This document shows positions 51,137-61,368 of a stretch of 64,000 nt of DNA, piece after piece. The position numbers and the translations under genes are program-made. The notes below the pieces were generated by a model. That model did not search any database and was not told the DNA's origin. It saw only the letters and a list, made by a program, of their open reading frames with translations. This stretch comes from Nitrospirota bacterium (GTDB lineage Bacteria > Nitrospirota > Thermodesulfovibrionia > Thermodesulfovibrionales > Dissulfurispiraceae). The stretch spans positions 1-64,000 of the forward strand of contig CAVPZX010000009.1 of NCBI GenBank assembly GCA_963710375.1, read 5' to 3'. Positions within the stretch are counted from its first letter, which is position 1; each line of letters opens with the position of its first letter.

Positions 51137-52294
51137 ATGGATTATTTCTTAACAGAAGAACAGCAGATGGTACGTGATCTTGCGCGGCAGATTGCCGAAG
51201 AGAAAGTCGTACCGGTCAGAGCTGAACTTGATGAAAAAGGCGAGTATCCATGGGAGATTATTAAGGTCCTTGCCCAGTCGGATATGATCGGACTTTTTAT
51301 ACCCGAAGAATATGGCGGCCTTGGCAAGGGATGTTTAGAGCTTTGCCTGGTCGTTGAAGAACTCTCATGTGCCTGCGTCGGTGTTTCAACAACCTATGCG
51401 GCTAACGCCCTCGGAACTTTTCCTCTCATTCTCTTCGGGTCCGATGAGCAAAAGAAACAATACCTGCCCGATGTTGCAACAGGCAAAAGGCTGGTGGCCT
51501 TCGGCCTTACCGAGGCCAATGCCGGCAGCGATGCCAGTGGAATCCAGACTACCGCCAGGCTTGACGGCAATGAATACGTCCTAAACGGCACCAAGCAATG
51601 GATTACGAACGGAGGCGAAGCAGAGATTTACACCATTATCGCGATTACCGATAGATCAAAAGGGGCAAGAGGGGCCTCTGCCTTTGTAGTTGAGAAAGGG
51701 ACGCCAGGCTTCACCTTTGGGAAGAAGGAGAACAAGCTGGGCATCAGGGCATCTTCAACGAGAGAACTGATTTTCGACAACTGCAGGATTCCGAAAAAAA
51801 ACCTTATCGCAAAAGAGGGGATGGGGTTTATTGTTGCGATGAAAACACTCGACCAATCAAGGACCGGAGTCGGCGCACAGGGGGTTGGCGTGGCACAGGG
51901 CGCATTTGAAGAGGCGGTAAAGTTCGCCCGCCAGCGGCACCAGTTCGGACACCCAATAATAAGCTTCCAGGCGATCCAGCACATGCTGGCCGATATGGCG
52001 ATGCAGATTGAAGCGGCGCGCTCGCTTGTGTATTCTGTTGCCAGATATGTCGATAGCGGCGCAAAAGACATATCAAAGGAATCTGCAATTGCTAAGACAT
52101 TTGCTACTGATGTGGGGATGAAAGTTACCATAGATGCTATACAGGTCATGGGCGGGGCAGGATACATGAAGGATTATCCGGTTGAGAAAATGATGCGTGA
52201 TGCAAAGATACTCCAAATCTACGAGGGCACTAACCAGATACAGAGGAACGTTATCGGGCAGTCTCTGATCAAAGAAGCTGCAAAGAAATATTAA
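51137..52294 (+). CDS. Short-chain acyl-CoA (butyryl-CoA-type) dehydrogenase
   Basis: FGLTEANAGSDA, NGTKQWITN, QIYEGTNQIQR. Confidence 0.93.
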   Translation: MDYFLTEEQQMVRDLARQIAEEKVVPVRAELDEKGEYPWEIIKVLAQSDMIGLFIPEEYGGLGKGCLELCLVVEELSCACVGVSTTYAANALGTFPLILFGSDEQKKQYLPDVATGKRLVAFGLTEANAGSDASGIQTTARLDGNEYVLNGTKQWITNGGEAEIYTIIAITDRSKGARGASAFVVEKGTPGFTFGKKENKLGIRASSTRELIFDNCRIPKKNLIAKEGMGFIVAMKTLDQSRTGVGAQGVGVAQGAFEEAVKFARQRHQFGHPIISFQAIQHMLADMAMQIEAARSLVYSVARYVDSGAKDISKESAIAKTFATDVGMKVTIDAIQVMGGAGYMKDYPVEKMMRDAKILQIYEGTNQIQRNVIGQSLIKEAAKKY

Positions 52295-52295
52295 C

Positions 52296-52352
52296 GGTTT
52301 CGTAAAAAGTCCATATGCTGCGTAACGCAGCATATGGACTTTTTACGAAACC
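52296..52352. repeat. Perfect 28-bp-arm palindrome between convergent genes
   Basis: GGTTTCGTAAAAAGTCCATATGCTGCGT-A-ACGCAGCATATGGACTTTTTACGAAACC. Confidence 0.9.
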
Positions 52353-52759
52353 TATTTTTTTGCCGGTGTCTTTAGCCGTGCAAAATTATATTTTTTCAGA
52401 ATTTTTCTGAAGTCCTTTCTGATCTCAACCCATACAGGATGAATAGGACAGGTTTTGCTGCGACCGCAAAGCGTATGATCAAGGGCGCAGACGTTCACTG
52501 AAAGGTCATGCTCTATTGCCTCCACAACATCAAGCAGGCTTATCGCCTCGGGAGGCCTGCCAAGCTGAAAGCCTCCCTTAACACCGCGAAATGACTTAAC
52601 GAGCGATGCACGGGCAAGTTTCTGTACAATTTTCGCCAGGAAGCTCTTCGGTATCTGCATTTCCCTCGCGATATCTTCGACCATGCTTATTTCTCCCTGT
52701 TTGCTCGAAAGGTACAGGATACACCTGATCGCGTAATCTGTTTCACGAGTGATTTCCAT
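52352..52759 (-). CDS. Rrf2-family regulator with Fe-S Cys motif
   Basis: TRETDYAIR, VKSFRGVKGGF, C-x6-C-x5-CPIH. Confidence 0.92.
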   Translation of the reverse strand: MEITRETDYAIRCILYLSSKQGEISMVEDIAREMQIPKSFLAKIVQKLARASLVKSFRGVKGGFQLGRPPEAISLLDVVEAIEHDLSVNVCALDHTLCGRSKTCPIHPVWVEIRKDFRKILKKYNFARLKTPAKK

Positions 52760-52793
52760 ATATCAGTTACCTATCCTTTTTTATACTTAGGGC

Positions 52794-53201
52794 TCATGAA
52801 ATTCCCTTGCTGTTTAAAAAAGGTCCATATTTCTTGTCCATCCCCTTGATATGCAGCATCAGCCAATCCTTGAGAAAATTCATCACTTCAATCGTAAGAA
52901 CGGCCTTACCGGAATGAAACTGACTCCTGAAGTCCATTACCTGTCTGGTCAAGTCGGCATGTTTTGCCTTTTGCTGCAGGTATTCAGGAAAACCGTGTGT
53001 CTTCATCAGGTTTTCTTCGGCTGAGAAATGAATACTGACATAATCGGCTAACCCATTCAGAATATTTTCTATCACATCTTTGCCTTTGCCCGACTTCATA
53101 GCTTCGTGCAAATCATTTATCATACCTATAAGTTTTTTATGCTGGTCATCCATCTCCCTTACATTAACGCTATATTCGTCCGACCATTGGATCAATGACA
53201 T
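52794..53201 (-). CDS. Bacteriohemerythrin
   Basis: WSDEYSV...MDDQHKKL...HFSAEE...WLMLHIKGMDKKY. Confidence 0.9.
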   Translation of the reverse strand: MSLIQWSDEYSVNVREMDDQHKKLIGMINDLHEAMKSGKGKDVIENILNGLADYVSIHFSAEENLMKTHGFPEYLQQKAKHADLTRQVMDFRSQFHSGKAVLTIEVMNFLKDWLMLHIKGMDKKYGPFLNSKGIS

Positions 53202-53333
53202 TTGACCATCCCCCTCATTATATTAGTTTCCGCTTTTTGTTCCCAATTATCAGCACGCTAAAATCATCTCCATCAGGACTAATATTATCCAGTTTCAAAT
53301 AGATTTGTCAACAACTTTAATACCGGTAAGGTC

Positions 53334-55032
53334 TCAAAACCTTCCAGAGCGGATGATGGAGATAATAAGCCATATGCCCATGAAAAATGCAAAAGTAAAC
53401 GCGGAAATGGCCAGAATGGAAAAACCGAAAATAGTCGGACCGACACCGGCTGTATGCATTATGGCAGAACTCAAAATCATGGCGCTCACTACCATCGCAA
53501 ACGCAATGCGGTTGCTTGAGCGGTCAATATCTTTTGTGAATTCGGGCAGATTGACGTGATACATTTTTACATGTATGTCGTCCTTCAGTATCTTCTTAAT
53601 TATTTGCTTCATCTGCCGCGGCAACATAGATACAAAATCACTGAATTCCCATATATTCTCTTTAGCCGTTTTGTAAAATCTCGAGGGGCTTATCCTCTTC
53701 TGGATAAGTTTGTCGGCATAAGGCTCTGCAGCGGCAAAAAAATTGAACTTGGGATCAAGCTGCCTGCCTATACTTTCGAGTATGAGCATTGCTTTATCGA
53801 TAAGGAGCAGCTTCTGAAGGCGCTCTTAAATTGTGTTTAATCGCCAGATGGGTGATCGTATCAAGATAGAGGGCAAAGTCCACTTCCTGCAAGGTGATGT
53901 CGTAAATCGGTTCCAGAAAATCGACGAGATCAGACTTGAATTCTCTCCTGAATATTTCGATATCTGTGTGTTCGGGAATTATGCCGAGTGCAATATACTG
54001 ATCAATGATACCGTCGAAATCCTTTCTTATTAGGGCCAGGAAAGTACTGGCCATCGTATCCTTCATCTCATTGGAAACCCTGCCTACGATGCCGAAATCT
54101 ACAAACGCAATGGCGCCGGACGGCATTACAAGTATGTTGCCGGGATGGGGATCAGCATGGAAAAATCCGTCTTCCAGTATCTGTTTAAAAAAGGCGTTGA
54201 CCCCTATTTCGGCCAGATGGGCCCTGTCAACACCCATCCTTTCGATCTCAGCTATATTGTCGATCCGTATGCCGTCTATCCATTCCATTACAAAGGCCTT
54301 TTCTGTCACATATTCGGCGTAAATTTTCGGTATATGTATGTTGGGGTCCTGTTCAAAATTTTTTTTGAACCTCGAACAGTTCCTTGCCTCCTCAACAAAA
54401 TTCATCTCTTTCCTGATAGTCCGGGAAAATTCGTCTACAATACCGAGAGGATTGAAAAACCTGCTATCAGGTACATACCTGTCAAGCAGCCTGGCAATCG
54501 TAAAAAGAATGCTGATATCCGCTTCGATGCGTTCCCTGATTTCAGGACGCTGAACTTTCACGATAACATCGGAGCCGTCGATCAGCGTGGCCCTGTGCAC
54601 CTGGGCAATGGATGCGGCGGCAACAGGCTTTTCGTAAAACGCGCTGAAAGTATTTCCGAGCGGACACCCGAACTCAGTCTCGATGATCCGTTTGGCCTCG
54701 TGTGCGGGAAAGGGGGGTACATCATCCTGCAATTTCTTAAGTTCATCGGCAAACTGGACAGTGATCAAATCAGGCCTGGAAGAAAGGAGTTGTCCAAGCT
54801 TTATAAAGGTTGGGCCGAGATCGGCAAAGGCCATCCTTAAACGACCGGGAACATTCGGACTCTTCAAGGCAGGCCAGGCGCCGAAAGACCGCAGCCGTTT
54901 TTTGAAAGGGATATACCTGCCGAGGTGAATCTGTTCGATTATTTGGCCGAAACCGTATTTAAGAAATACGTTTATTATCTGCTGCAGCCTTCTTGCAGAT
55001 TTATAGGTACGTGAAAACCTAGAAGTATCCAC
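53334..55032 (-). CDS. ubiB: UbiB/AarF (ABC1) atypical kinase, frameshift near 53813
   Basis: LGPTFIKLGQ, AAASIAQVH, VKVQRP, FHADPHPGN, DFG; C-terminal TM part in ORF 53334-53789. Confidence 0.88.
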
Positions 55033-55043
55033 CTGAATAGCTG

Positions 55044-55367
55044 CTACTCTTCCTGCCCTTCTTCGGTAACGCCTTCGAGCTTTCTGACCCGGGCAGAGAG
55101 ATTCTGTACCTTTTTATTAAGCCGCTCAAATTCTTCTTTGGTCGGTATATTCATTTTTTCGAGGGTTTTCGACATAAGCTCCGAGAAATTCTTATTCAGG
55201 TCAGAACTGCCTTTGTCCGCCCTCTCACTCCATTCTTTCACAAATTTTGCGCCTTGCGATTCGCTGAGTTCTCCTTTTCTTACCAACTCATCAATAAATT
55301 CCTTCACCTTTTCCTGGATCCCGAATCCAGCAAGAATGGCATTGCGCACAGAGTCAAAAATAGTCAT
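55044..55367 (-). CDS. Phasin-like (PhaF/PhaI-type) coiled-coil protein
   Basis: AILAGFG...DELVRKGELSESQG...MNIPTKEEF; typical neighbour of ubiB. Confidence 0.7.
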   Translation of the reverse strand: MTIFDSVRNAILAGFGIQEKVKEFIDELVRKGELSESQGAKFVKEWSERADKGSSDLNKNFSELMSKTLEKMNIPTKEEFERLNKKVQNLSARVRKLEGVTEEGQEE

Positions 55368-55387
55368 ATAATCCTCCTTCTAACTAC

Positions 55388-55445
55388 AGGTTAAGGTTAA
55401 GAAAGCTAAGACTATTTATCTTAACCTCAACCTTAACCTTAACCT
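55388..55445. repeat. Hexamer-repeat hairpin (AGGTTA)n...(TAACCT)n
   Basis: Lies between alaS and the phasin-like gene. Confidence 0.75.
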
Positions 55446-58090
55446 CATCCCTGACCTTTCTTTTTAACTATATCATAAACCGACTCAAGTGCTTTGTCCA
55501 GAATATCCATACTCTCAAGATTCGAAACGCCGCCCTGTGCCATTTCCGCCTTGCCTCCGCCCTTGCCACCTACCTGTGCTGCAACATTTTTCAGGAGGTC
55601 TCCGGCGCTGAATTGACCTGCCAGGTCCCTGGTCACTGTTGCCAGCATCGCAGCCTGGCCGTTTTTGCCAGAGGCGAGCACAATGATACCGGAACCAAGC
55701 CGGTCCCGCAAATTATCGGCAAATACCCGCAGGTCTTTTTGTTCAAGTCCGTCCACCCGGCATGAGAGGACTTTCACGCCATTAATGATCTGTACCTTAT
55801 CCATCACCGCCGATGAGTTATGAGAAGCGGCTTTTGCCTTCAGCGCGTCGATCTCCCTATCGCGGTCCTTCAGGTCTGAAAGTAGTTTTTCGACCCGATC
55901 GAAGGGTTTGTCGGTTTTGAGCAGTTCGGCTATGTCCCTGAGATCATCACTCCTCTGTCTTAGGTAATCGAAAGCTGCCTTGCCTGTGAACGCCTCGATC
56001 CTCCTGATGCCTGAAGCCACACTGCCTTCAGAAACAATGATAAAGCTCCCGATGTCGCCGGTTGTGCTGCAGTGGGTCCCGCCGCACAGTTCGGCACTGA
56101 AGCCGGGGACTTTGACCACCCTGACTTTCTCACCGTACTTCTCACCAAAAAGGGCCGTAACGCCTGATTTCAAGGCATCATGGATATCGGCAATCTCTGT
56201 CTCCACCCTTATATTATCGAGTATCTTCCCGTTGACGATGGATTCGATGGACTCGATCTCTTTCCTTTCAAGTGCATAGAAATGAGTAAAATCAAAACGC
56301 ATTCTCTCGGGAGCAACATATGAGCCCGCCTGTTTAACATGCTCTCCCAGAACAGTTCTCAATGCCGTATGGAGGAGGTGGGTCGAGGTATGATTACGCG
56401 CCGTGGCCCTCCGCATTTTCTCGTCAACTGAGGAATGTACCATGTCCCATACCTTAAGCGTTCCGCTATTGATCCTTACTGCATGGGCATGCAGACCGAC
56501 CTCTTTTTTAGTAGTAATAACCTCTGCTTCAACTCCCCCTGGCGAACTGATCAACCCCACGTCACCGGCCTGGCCTCCGGATTCACCATAAAAAGGGGTC
56601 TTATCAAGAAATACCTCGACCTCGTCACCAGCCGATGCAACGTTGACCACTTTTCCCTCTTTCAGTATTGCCTTAACAACCGAGTCCGACTCTAATGAAT
56701 CATACCCGACAAACTCCGTCTCGCCGATTTCCGACACAAGCTCCCTGTATATTGATGCAATGGCTTCATCCTCGCCAACCCAGGAGGCCCGTGCGCGCTC
56801 CCGCTGCACTTCCATTTCTTTTTGGAAGCCTTCCTCGTCAACAGACAGATGGTTATCCATGGCAATATCTCTCGCAAGGTCAAGAGGGAAACCAAAGGTA
56901 TCATACAATTTGAAGAGTTCATCGCCCGGAATTAATTTAACGGACGCCTCCTTTAACTTCACCATTATCTCGTCAAGAATTCTCATGCCCTGTTCGAGGG
57001 TCCTGGTAAATCGCTCCTCTTCGAACAGCAATACCTTTGATGCGCGCGCTTGCTCTCGTGCCAGTCCGGGATAGACATCTCCCATGGCTTCGACAACAGA
57101 ATCCATTAACCGGTATAAATGCGGGTCCCCAAGGCCAAGCAATTTTGCATGCCTTGAAGCCCTCCTGATAATGCGCCTTAGGACATATCCGCGGCCTTCA
57201 TTGGAAGGCATAAGCCCATCGGAAAGCAAAAAAGCCGCTGACCTGAGGTGATCAGCAATGACCCTTATCGATACATCATCATCCGTGTTGCGGCCGTAGG
57301 ACTTTCCCGATGCAGCTGCAATCGATGCTATTATAGGAGCGAAAAGGTCCGTGTCGAAATTATTATGTTTACCCTGAAGAACGGCACTAATCCTCTCCAG
57401 TCCCATACCGGTATCGATGCTGGGCCTGGGAAGCGGGGAAAGCACACCGGACAAATCACGGTTGTACTGCATGAAAACGAGGTTCCAGAGTTCCAGATAC
57501 CTGTCGCAGTCGCACCCAATGGCGCAGTCCGGCTTTCCGCACCCTATTCCCTCTCCCTGGTCGATAATGATCTCCGAGCAGGGGCCGCACGGCCCTGTGT
57601 CTCCCATCTGCCAGAAATTGTCTTTGGCGCCGAGCCTTACGATCCTTCCAGGTGCGATGTCGGTAAGGTCTTTCCATAATGTTTCAGCCTCATCATCTTC
57701 CTGGTAGACAGTTGCCCAGAGCTTATCCTTTGGCAGCGCATACCAACCGGTGAGGAGTTCCCAGGCAAAGAGAATCGCGTCTTTTTTAAAATAATCGCCG
57801 AAGGAGAAATTCCCGAGCATCTCAAAAAAAGTATGGTGCCGGGCCGTGTGCCCTACGTTCTCCAGGTCGCTATGCTTGCCGCCGGCGCGCATGCACTTCT
57901 GGCATGATACCGCCCTCGAATAAGGCCTCTTTTCTTCCCCGAGGAACACAGACTTAAACTGCACCATGCCGGCATTGGTAAACAGCAGCGTAGGATCATT
58001 TTGCGGAATAAGCGACGAACTGCCGACCTTCTCATGTCCCTTTGATATAAAAAACTCGATAAATGTATTTCTTACCTCGATGCTCTTCAT
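55445..58090 (-). CDS. alaS: Alanyl-tRNA synthetase
   Basis: DPTLLFTNAGMVQFK, HHTFFEMLGNFSFG, DTGMGLER, HTSTH, ELCGGTH, GGKGGG. Confidence 0.98.
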   Translation of the reverse strand: MKSIEVRNTFIEFFISKGHEKVGSSSLIPQNDPTLLFTNAGMVQFKSVFLGEEKRPYSRAVSCQKCMRAGGKHSDLENVGHTARHHTFFEMLGNFSFGDYFKKDAILFAWELLTGWYALPKDKLWATVYQEDDEAETLWKDLTDIAPGRIVRLGAKDNFWQMGDTGPCGPCSEIIIDQGEGIGCGKPDCAIGCDCDRYLELWNLVFMQYNRDLSGVLSPLPRPSIDTGMGLERISAVLQGKHNNFDTDLFAPIIASIAAASGKSYGRNTDDDVSIRVIADHLRSAAFLLSDGLMPSNEGRGYVLRRIIRRASRHAKLLGLGDPHLYRLMDSVVEAMGDVYPGLAREQARASKVLLFEEERFTRTLEQGMRILDEIMVKLKEASVKLIPGDELFKLYDTFGFPLDLARDIAMDNHLSVDEEGFQKEMEVQRERARASWVGEDEAIASIYRELVSEIGETEFVGYDSLESDSVVKAILKEGKVVNVASAGDEVEVFLDKTPFYGESGGQAGDVGLISSPGGVEAEVITTKKEVGLHAHAVRINSGTLKVWDMVHSSVDEKMRRATARNHTSTHLLHTALRTVLGEHVKQAGSYVAPERMRFDFTHFYALERKEIESIESIVNGKILDNIRVETEIADIHDALKSGVTALFGEKYGEKVRVVKVPGFSAELCGGTHCSTTGDIGSFIIVSEGSVASGIRRIEAFTGKAAFDYLRQRSDDLRDIAELLKTDKPFDRVEKLLSDLKDRDREIDALKAKAASHNSSAVMDKVQIINGVKVLSCRVDGLEQKDLRVFADNLRDRLGSGIIVLASGKNGQAAMLATVTRDLAGQFSAGDLLKNVAAQVGGKGGGKAEMAQGGVSNLESMDILDKALESVYDIVKKKGQG

Positions 58091-58443
58091 TGACCTTGCT
58101 TTACCCTTCCAGGCTCTGAGCTGATAACGAAGAAAAGTTTCCCGTCAATGAAGGTAAGCCTCGTTTTCAATGCTCCCATTACGGAAGAATATACCCACTC
58201 CTCTCTTTGCTTCCCGTCTTCCGGAGTGAGGCTCCTAACCTGATCTGGAGATCCCAGGGCATACCGCACCTGCTGGGGCGTCATGCCAGGCAAGATCTCT
58301 CCCTTTGCAATCTTTTCCTGTACCTGGGGTGGATAATCTTTTATCTCCTCAGGAGAATACCGTGCGGTTGACGCACAACCGCCCAAAAAAACAGCCATAA
58401 CAAATAAAAAAAACCACACAGTCCTGACACTGTCCCCTCTCAT
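58087..58443 (-). CDS. Lipoprotein, SmpA/BamE-like
   Basis: Lipobox LGGC, PGMTPQQVRYALGSP, EEWVY. Confidence 0.7.
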   Translation of the reverse strand: MRGDSVRTVWFFLFVMAVFLGGCASTARYSPEEIKDYPPQVQEKIAKGEILPGMTPQQVRYALGSPDQVRSLTPEDGKQREEWVYSSVMGALKTRLTFIDGKLFFVISSEPGRVKQGQ

Positions 58444-58463
58444 ACCCTTCCTCCTTTTACAAA

Positions 58464-58551
58464 CAATTACGAATTAAGAATCACGAATTAAGAATTCTGG
58501 AAAAAATCTTATATTCACTTATTCATAATTCATAATTCGTAATTCATAATT
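58464..58551. repeat. Heptamer-repeat hairpin (AATTACG/AATTAAG versus CATAATT/CGTAATT)
   Basis: Overlaps the recX 3' end. Confidence 0.72.
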
Positions 58552-59003
58552 TTCTTCAGTACCTGCCGAATCTCATCAGACGTGAAACCGCGCCGCGCAA
58601 GAAGCCCCAACAGACGCCTCTTTATAGTCACGCTGTCCAGACGCCCCATGGAGCGCATTTTCTTTTCCGCAAGCTGCATCGCAGCGCCAAGGTAGTCGTT
58701 GTCCGATTCAGCCATCTCATCTGCAATATCCTTTGCAATACCCCGCCGTATGAGGTAGCTCCTGACACCCTGGGCCCCGAAATGCCTCCTCTCAACAGCA
58801 TCTCGTTTAAGCAGTTCGGCAAGCCTCCGGTCATCTATAAACGCCTTTTCCTCAAGATAAGCGATAGTCCCTTCAACTACATTCTTTGGGAAGCCTTTAC
58901 CAGTCAGCTTTTGGCGCATCTCGCTCATGCTTCTGTCGCGGTAGCCGAGAATCTTCAGCGCATATTTCAGAGCATTGCCAAAACTATCGTCCACTTCATG
59001 CAT
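58530..59003 (-). CDS. recX: Regulatory protein RecX
   Basis: ALKILGYRDRS...IDDRRLA...LARRGF; directly downstream of recA. Confidence 0.9.
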   Translation of the reverse strand: MHEVDDSFGNALKYALKILGYRDRSMSEMRQKLTGKGFPKNVVEGTIAYLEEKAFIDDRRLAELLKRDAVERRHFGAQGVRSYLIRRGIAKDIADEMAESDNDYLGAAMQLAEKKMRSMGRLDSVTIKRRLLGLLARRGFTSDEIRQVLKKIMNYEL

Positions 59004-59080
59004 AGGTTAAGGTTGAGGTCAAGGTTGAGGACAAAAGGTTAGTTTTTCGATTTTCTTAACCTCAGCCTTAACCTTAACCT
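59004..59080. repeat. Hexamer-repeat hairpin (AGGTTR)n...(YAACCT)n
   Basis: Lies between recA and recX. Confidence 0.75.
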
Positions 59081-59085
59081 TCTGT

Positions 59086-60106
59086 TTATTTTCCTGCCTC
59101 AGCCTTCTCTTCCCGCTTCAGCCCGTATGCTTCGATTATTTTCTTCTCTATCTCAGCAGCCACAGAAGGATTATTCTTCAGGTATTCCCGCACATTGTCC
59201 CTGCCCTGTCCTATCCTGTTGCCGCCGTAGCTGTACCACGCGCCGGCCTTTTCAATAATGCCCTTTTCAGCCTCCGAGATCGATAATCTCTCCTGCCTTT
59301 GATATGCCCTCATTAAAATATATGTCAAACTCTGCCTGCCTGAACGGAGGGGCAACCTTGTTTTTCACAATCTTGACGCGGACACGTCCGCCAATTACCT
59401 CCTGGCCGTCCTTGAGGTTGTCGATCCTTCTGATATCAAGCCTCATTGACGAGTAAAACTTCAATGCATTTCCGCCTGTCGTCGTTTCAGGATTTCCGAA
59501 CATAACCCCTATTTTCATCCGTATCTGGTTGATGAATACTATTGTTGTCAGAGATTTTGAGATTGCCGCCGTCAGCTTTCTCATGGCCTGGCTCATGAGC
59601 CTTGCCTGCAGGCCGGGAAGCGAATCACCCATATCCCCTTCGATTTCAGCTTTCGGCACCAGCGCGGCAACAGAGTCCACCACCACTATATCGACAGCTC
59701 CGCTTCTGACTAGAGTTTCAGCAACTTCGAGTGCCTGTTCGCCCGTGTCCGGCTGAGATACCAAAAGGTCTTCAATATTAACACCGAGCCTTGATGCGTA
59801 ATTGATATCAAGCGCATGCTCTGCATCAATAAATGCGGCGACTCCTCCGGTTTTTTGCGCCTCAGCTATCGCCTTCAGCGCAAGAGTTGTCTTTCCCGAT
59901 GACTCAGGCCCATATATCTCGACAACTCTTCCCCTCGGCAAGCCGCCGATGCCGGTGGCAATATCCAGAGAGATTGAACCAGTAGATATAACCTGTATCC
60001 CTTCTGCCACGCCCCCTGAACCGAGACGCATTATGGCCCCTTTTCCGAAGTTTTTTTCGATCTGGGAAATTGCCACTTCCAGGGCCTTTACTTTATCCTT
60101 GTTCAT
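59086..60106 (-). CDS. recA: Recombinase RecA, frameshift near 59271
   Basis: [31 protein letters not shown]-terminal KAGAWYSYG...GQGRDN in ORF 59086-59355. Confidence 0.95.
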
Positions 60107-60108
60107 CA

Positions 60109-60681
60109 TCACGCCTCCGTTTTGCGTTGTCCTAATTTAAAACCGGCTATTTTTGAATATTCTGCCCCGCCCGGTTTCAATGTGCTCTTCATGAGCAGGG
60201 TTTCCCCAACTGTTATAGTACCAAAAACCGAGTCCTTAAATGTAATCCATTCCCTGATTACAGCCTCAAGACCGTCCATGCTCTTTATCCTTCCGATGGT
60301 AAGATGAGGAGAAAACCGCTTCTCTTCCCTTTCAAACCCAAGTTCAGCCATCGACTGTTCGATGTCCCGGTTAAGGAGACTCAAAGGTTCCGACTCATCA
60401 ATGCCCACCCACAAGACATTGGGCCGGCGCAGATTCGGAAATCCTCCACTGCCTCTTACTGTAAGTGCAAACGGGGCGTGCCTACTGCAAAGCAGCGGAA
60501 GCCTCTCCTGTATTTGAAGCAACATAGCGTTGTCTGTCTCACCAAGGAACTTAAGTGTCAAATGTACATGGTCAGGAGGAACCCATCTCACGCCTTTTGA
60601 CAGCCCCCTCATTTGTTCTATTGCCCCGCCGATCGAAAACCGCACCTCTTCAGAGACATCGATGGCGACAAAACATCTCAT
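60109..60681 (-). CDS. thpR: RNA 2',3'-cyclic phosphodiesterase (2H family)
   Basis: Two HLT motifs ([15 protein letters not shown]). Confidence 0.9.
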   Translation of the reverse strand: MRCFVAIDVSEEVRFSIGGAIEQMRGLSKGVRWVPPDHVHLTLKFLGETDNAMLLQIQERLPLLCSRHAPFALTVRGSGGFPNLRRPNVLWVGIDESEPLSLLNRDIEQSMAELGFEREEKRFSPHLTIGRIKSMDGLEAVIREWITFKDSVFGTITVGETLLMKSTLKPGGAEYSKIAGFKLGQRKTEA

Positions 60682-61133
60682 GCAACTGTCCTCCATAGCT
60701 GCAGAAGGAGGTTTGTCATCAATCCTGCTGCCGCATCATCGAGCATAACACCCAGGCCGCCTTTTACAGCCCGCTCAATATTTCTGATGGGAGAAGGCTT
60801 TAGTATATCGAAAAACCTGAACAAAAAAAAGGCCGCGACCAAATATCCCGCTGTCAGAGGGAGCGAAAAAACAGAGATCACAAATCCGGTAAATTCATCG
60901 ATAACAATGCGGCCGCTATCCTCGCCGAAAATACTTTCAGCAACGTGAGCGGTTACCGTACCCAGCCCAAAAAGAACAACCGCAAGAACGCCTTGCAACT
61001 GTATGTCAGGTTTCAAAAGCCAAATACATATTAAGGCAGCCAGGCTCCCGAATGTGCCCGATGCAATAGGGATATAACCGATAAAGAAGACCGTTGCGAT
61101 AACTTTTGACAGTGATCTGAAAAAACCGTCCAT
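60678..61133 (-). CDS. pgpA: Phosphatidylglycerophosphatase A
   Basis: SGTFGS, IVIDE, FRFFDILKP, GVMLDD. Confidence 0.92.
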   Translation of the reverse strand: MDGFFRSLSKVIATVFFIGYIPIASGTFGSLAALICIWLLKPDIQLQGVLAVVLFGLGTVTAHVAESIFGEDSGRIVIDEFTGFVISVFSLPLTAGYLVAAFFLFRFFDILKPSPIRNIERAVKGGLGVMLDDAAAGLMTNLLLQLWRTVA

Positions 61134-61368
61134 AGCGTCTTATTTTATCATAAAAATTTCAACCACAGCCGGAATACCTCTTTATATCTGCAGAGGTATA
61201 ATGCAAACTGCGCCTGATAACATTCAAAGACAGGGAGAACCGGTGAGGACTTCCTATATTGCTTTTTTTGTGTCATTAATGATAATTTTCCCAGTATTTT
61301 GATGTCTTCGGCAAAGTGGATCAGGAATTCCCAAGTTGATGGGAATAGAGAGGAATTAGTGATATATA

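Noticed and set aside
9675..59080. CRISPR array interpretation of the short repeats
   Set aside because: Units are 6-8 bp, tandem and inverted, with no unique spacers and no cas genes.
5175..60106. Calling lysR, murC-like, SPFH, L,D-transpeptidase, kinase, acyl-CoA dehydrogenase, fdhF, ubiB and recA pseudogenes or programmed frameshifts
   Set aside because: Both parts of each gene are otherwise intact, with no further decay or slippery heptamers, and the breaks share one sequence context. Sequencing error is more parsimonious.
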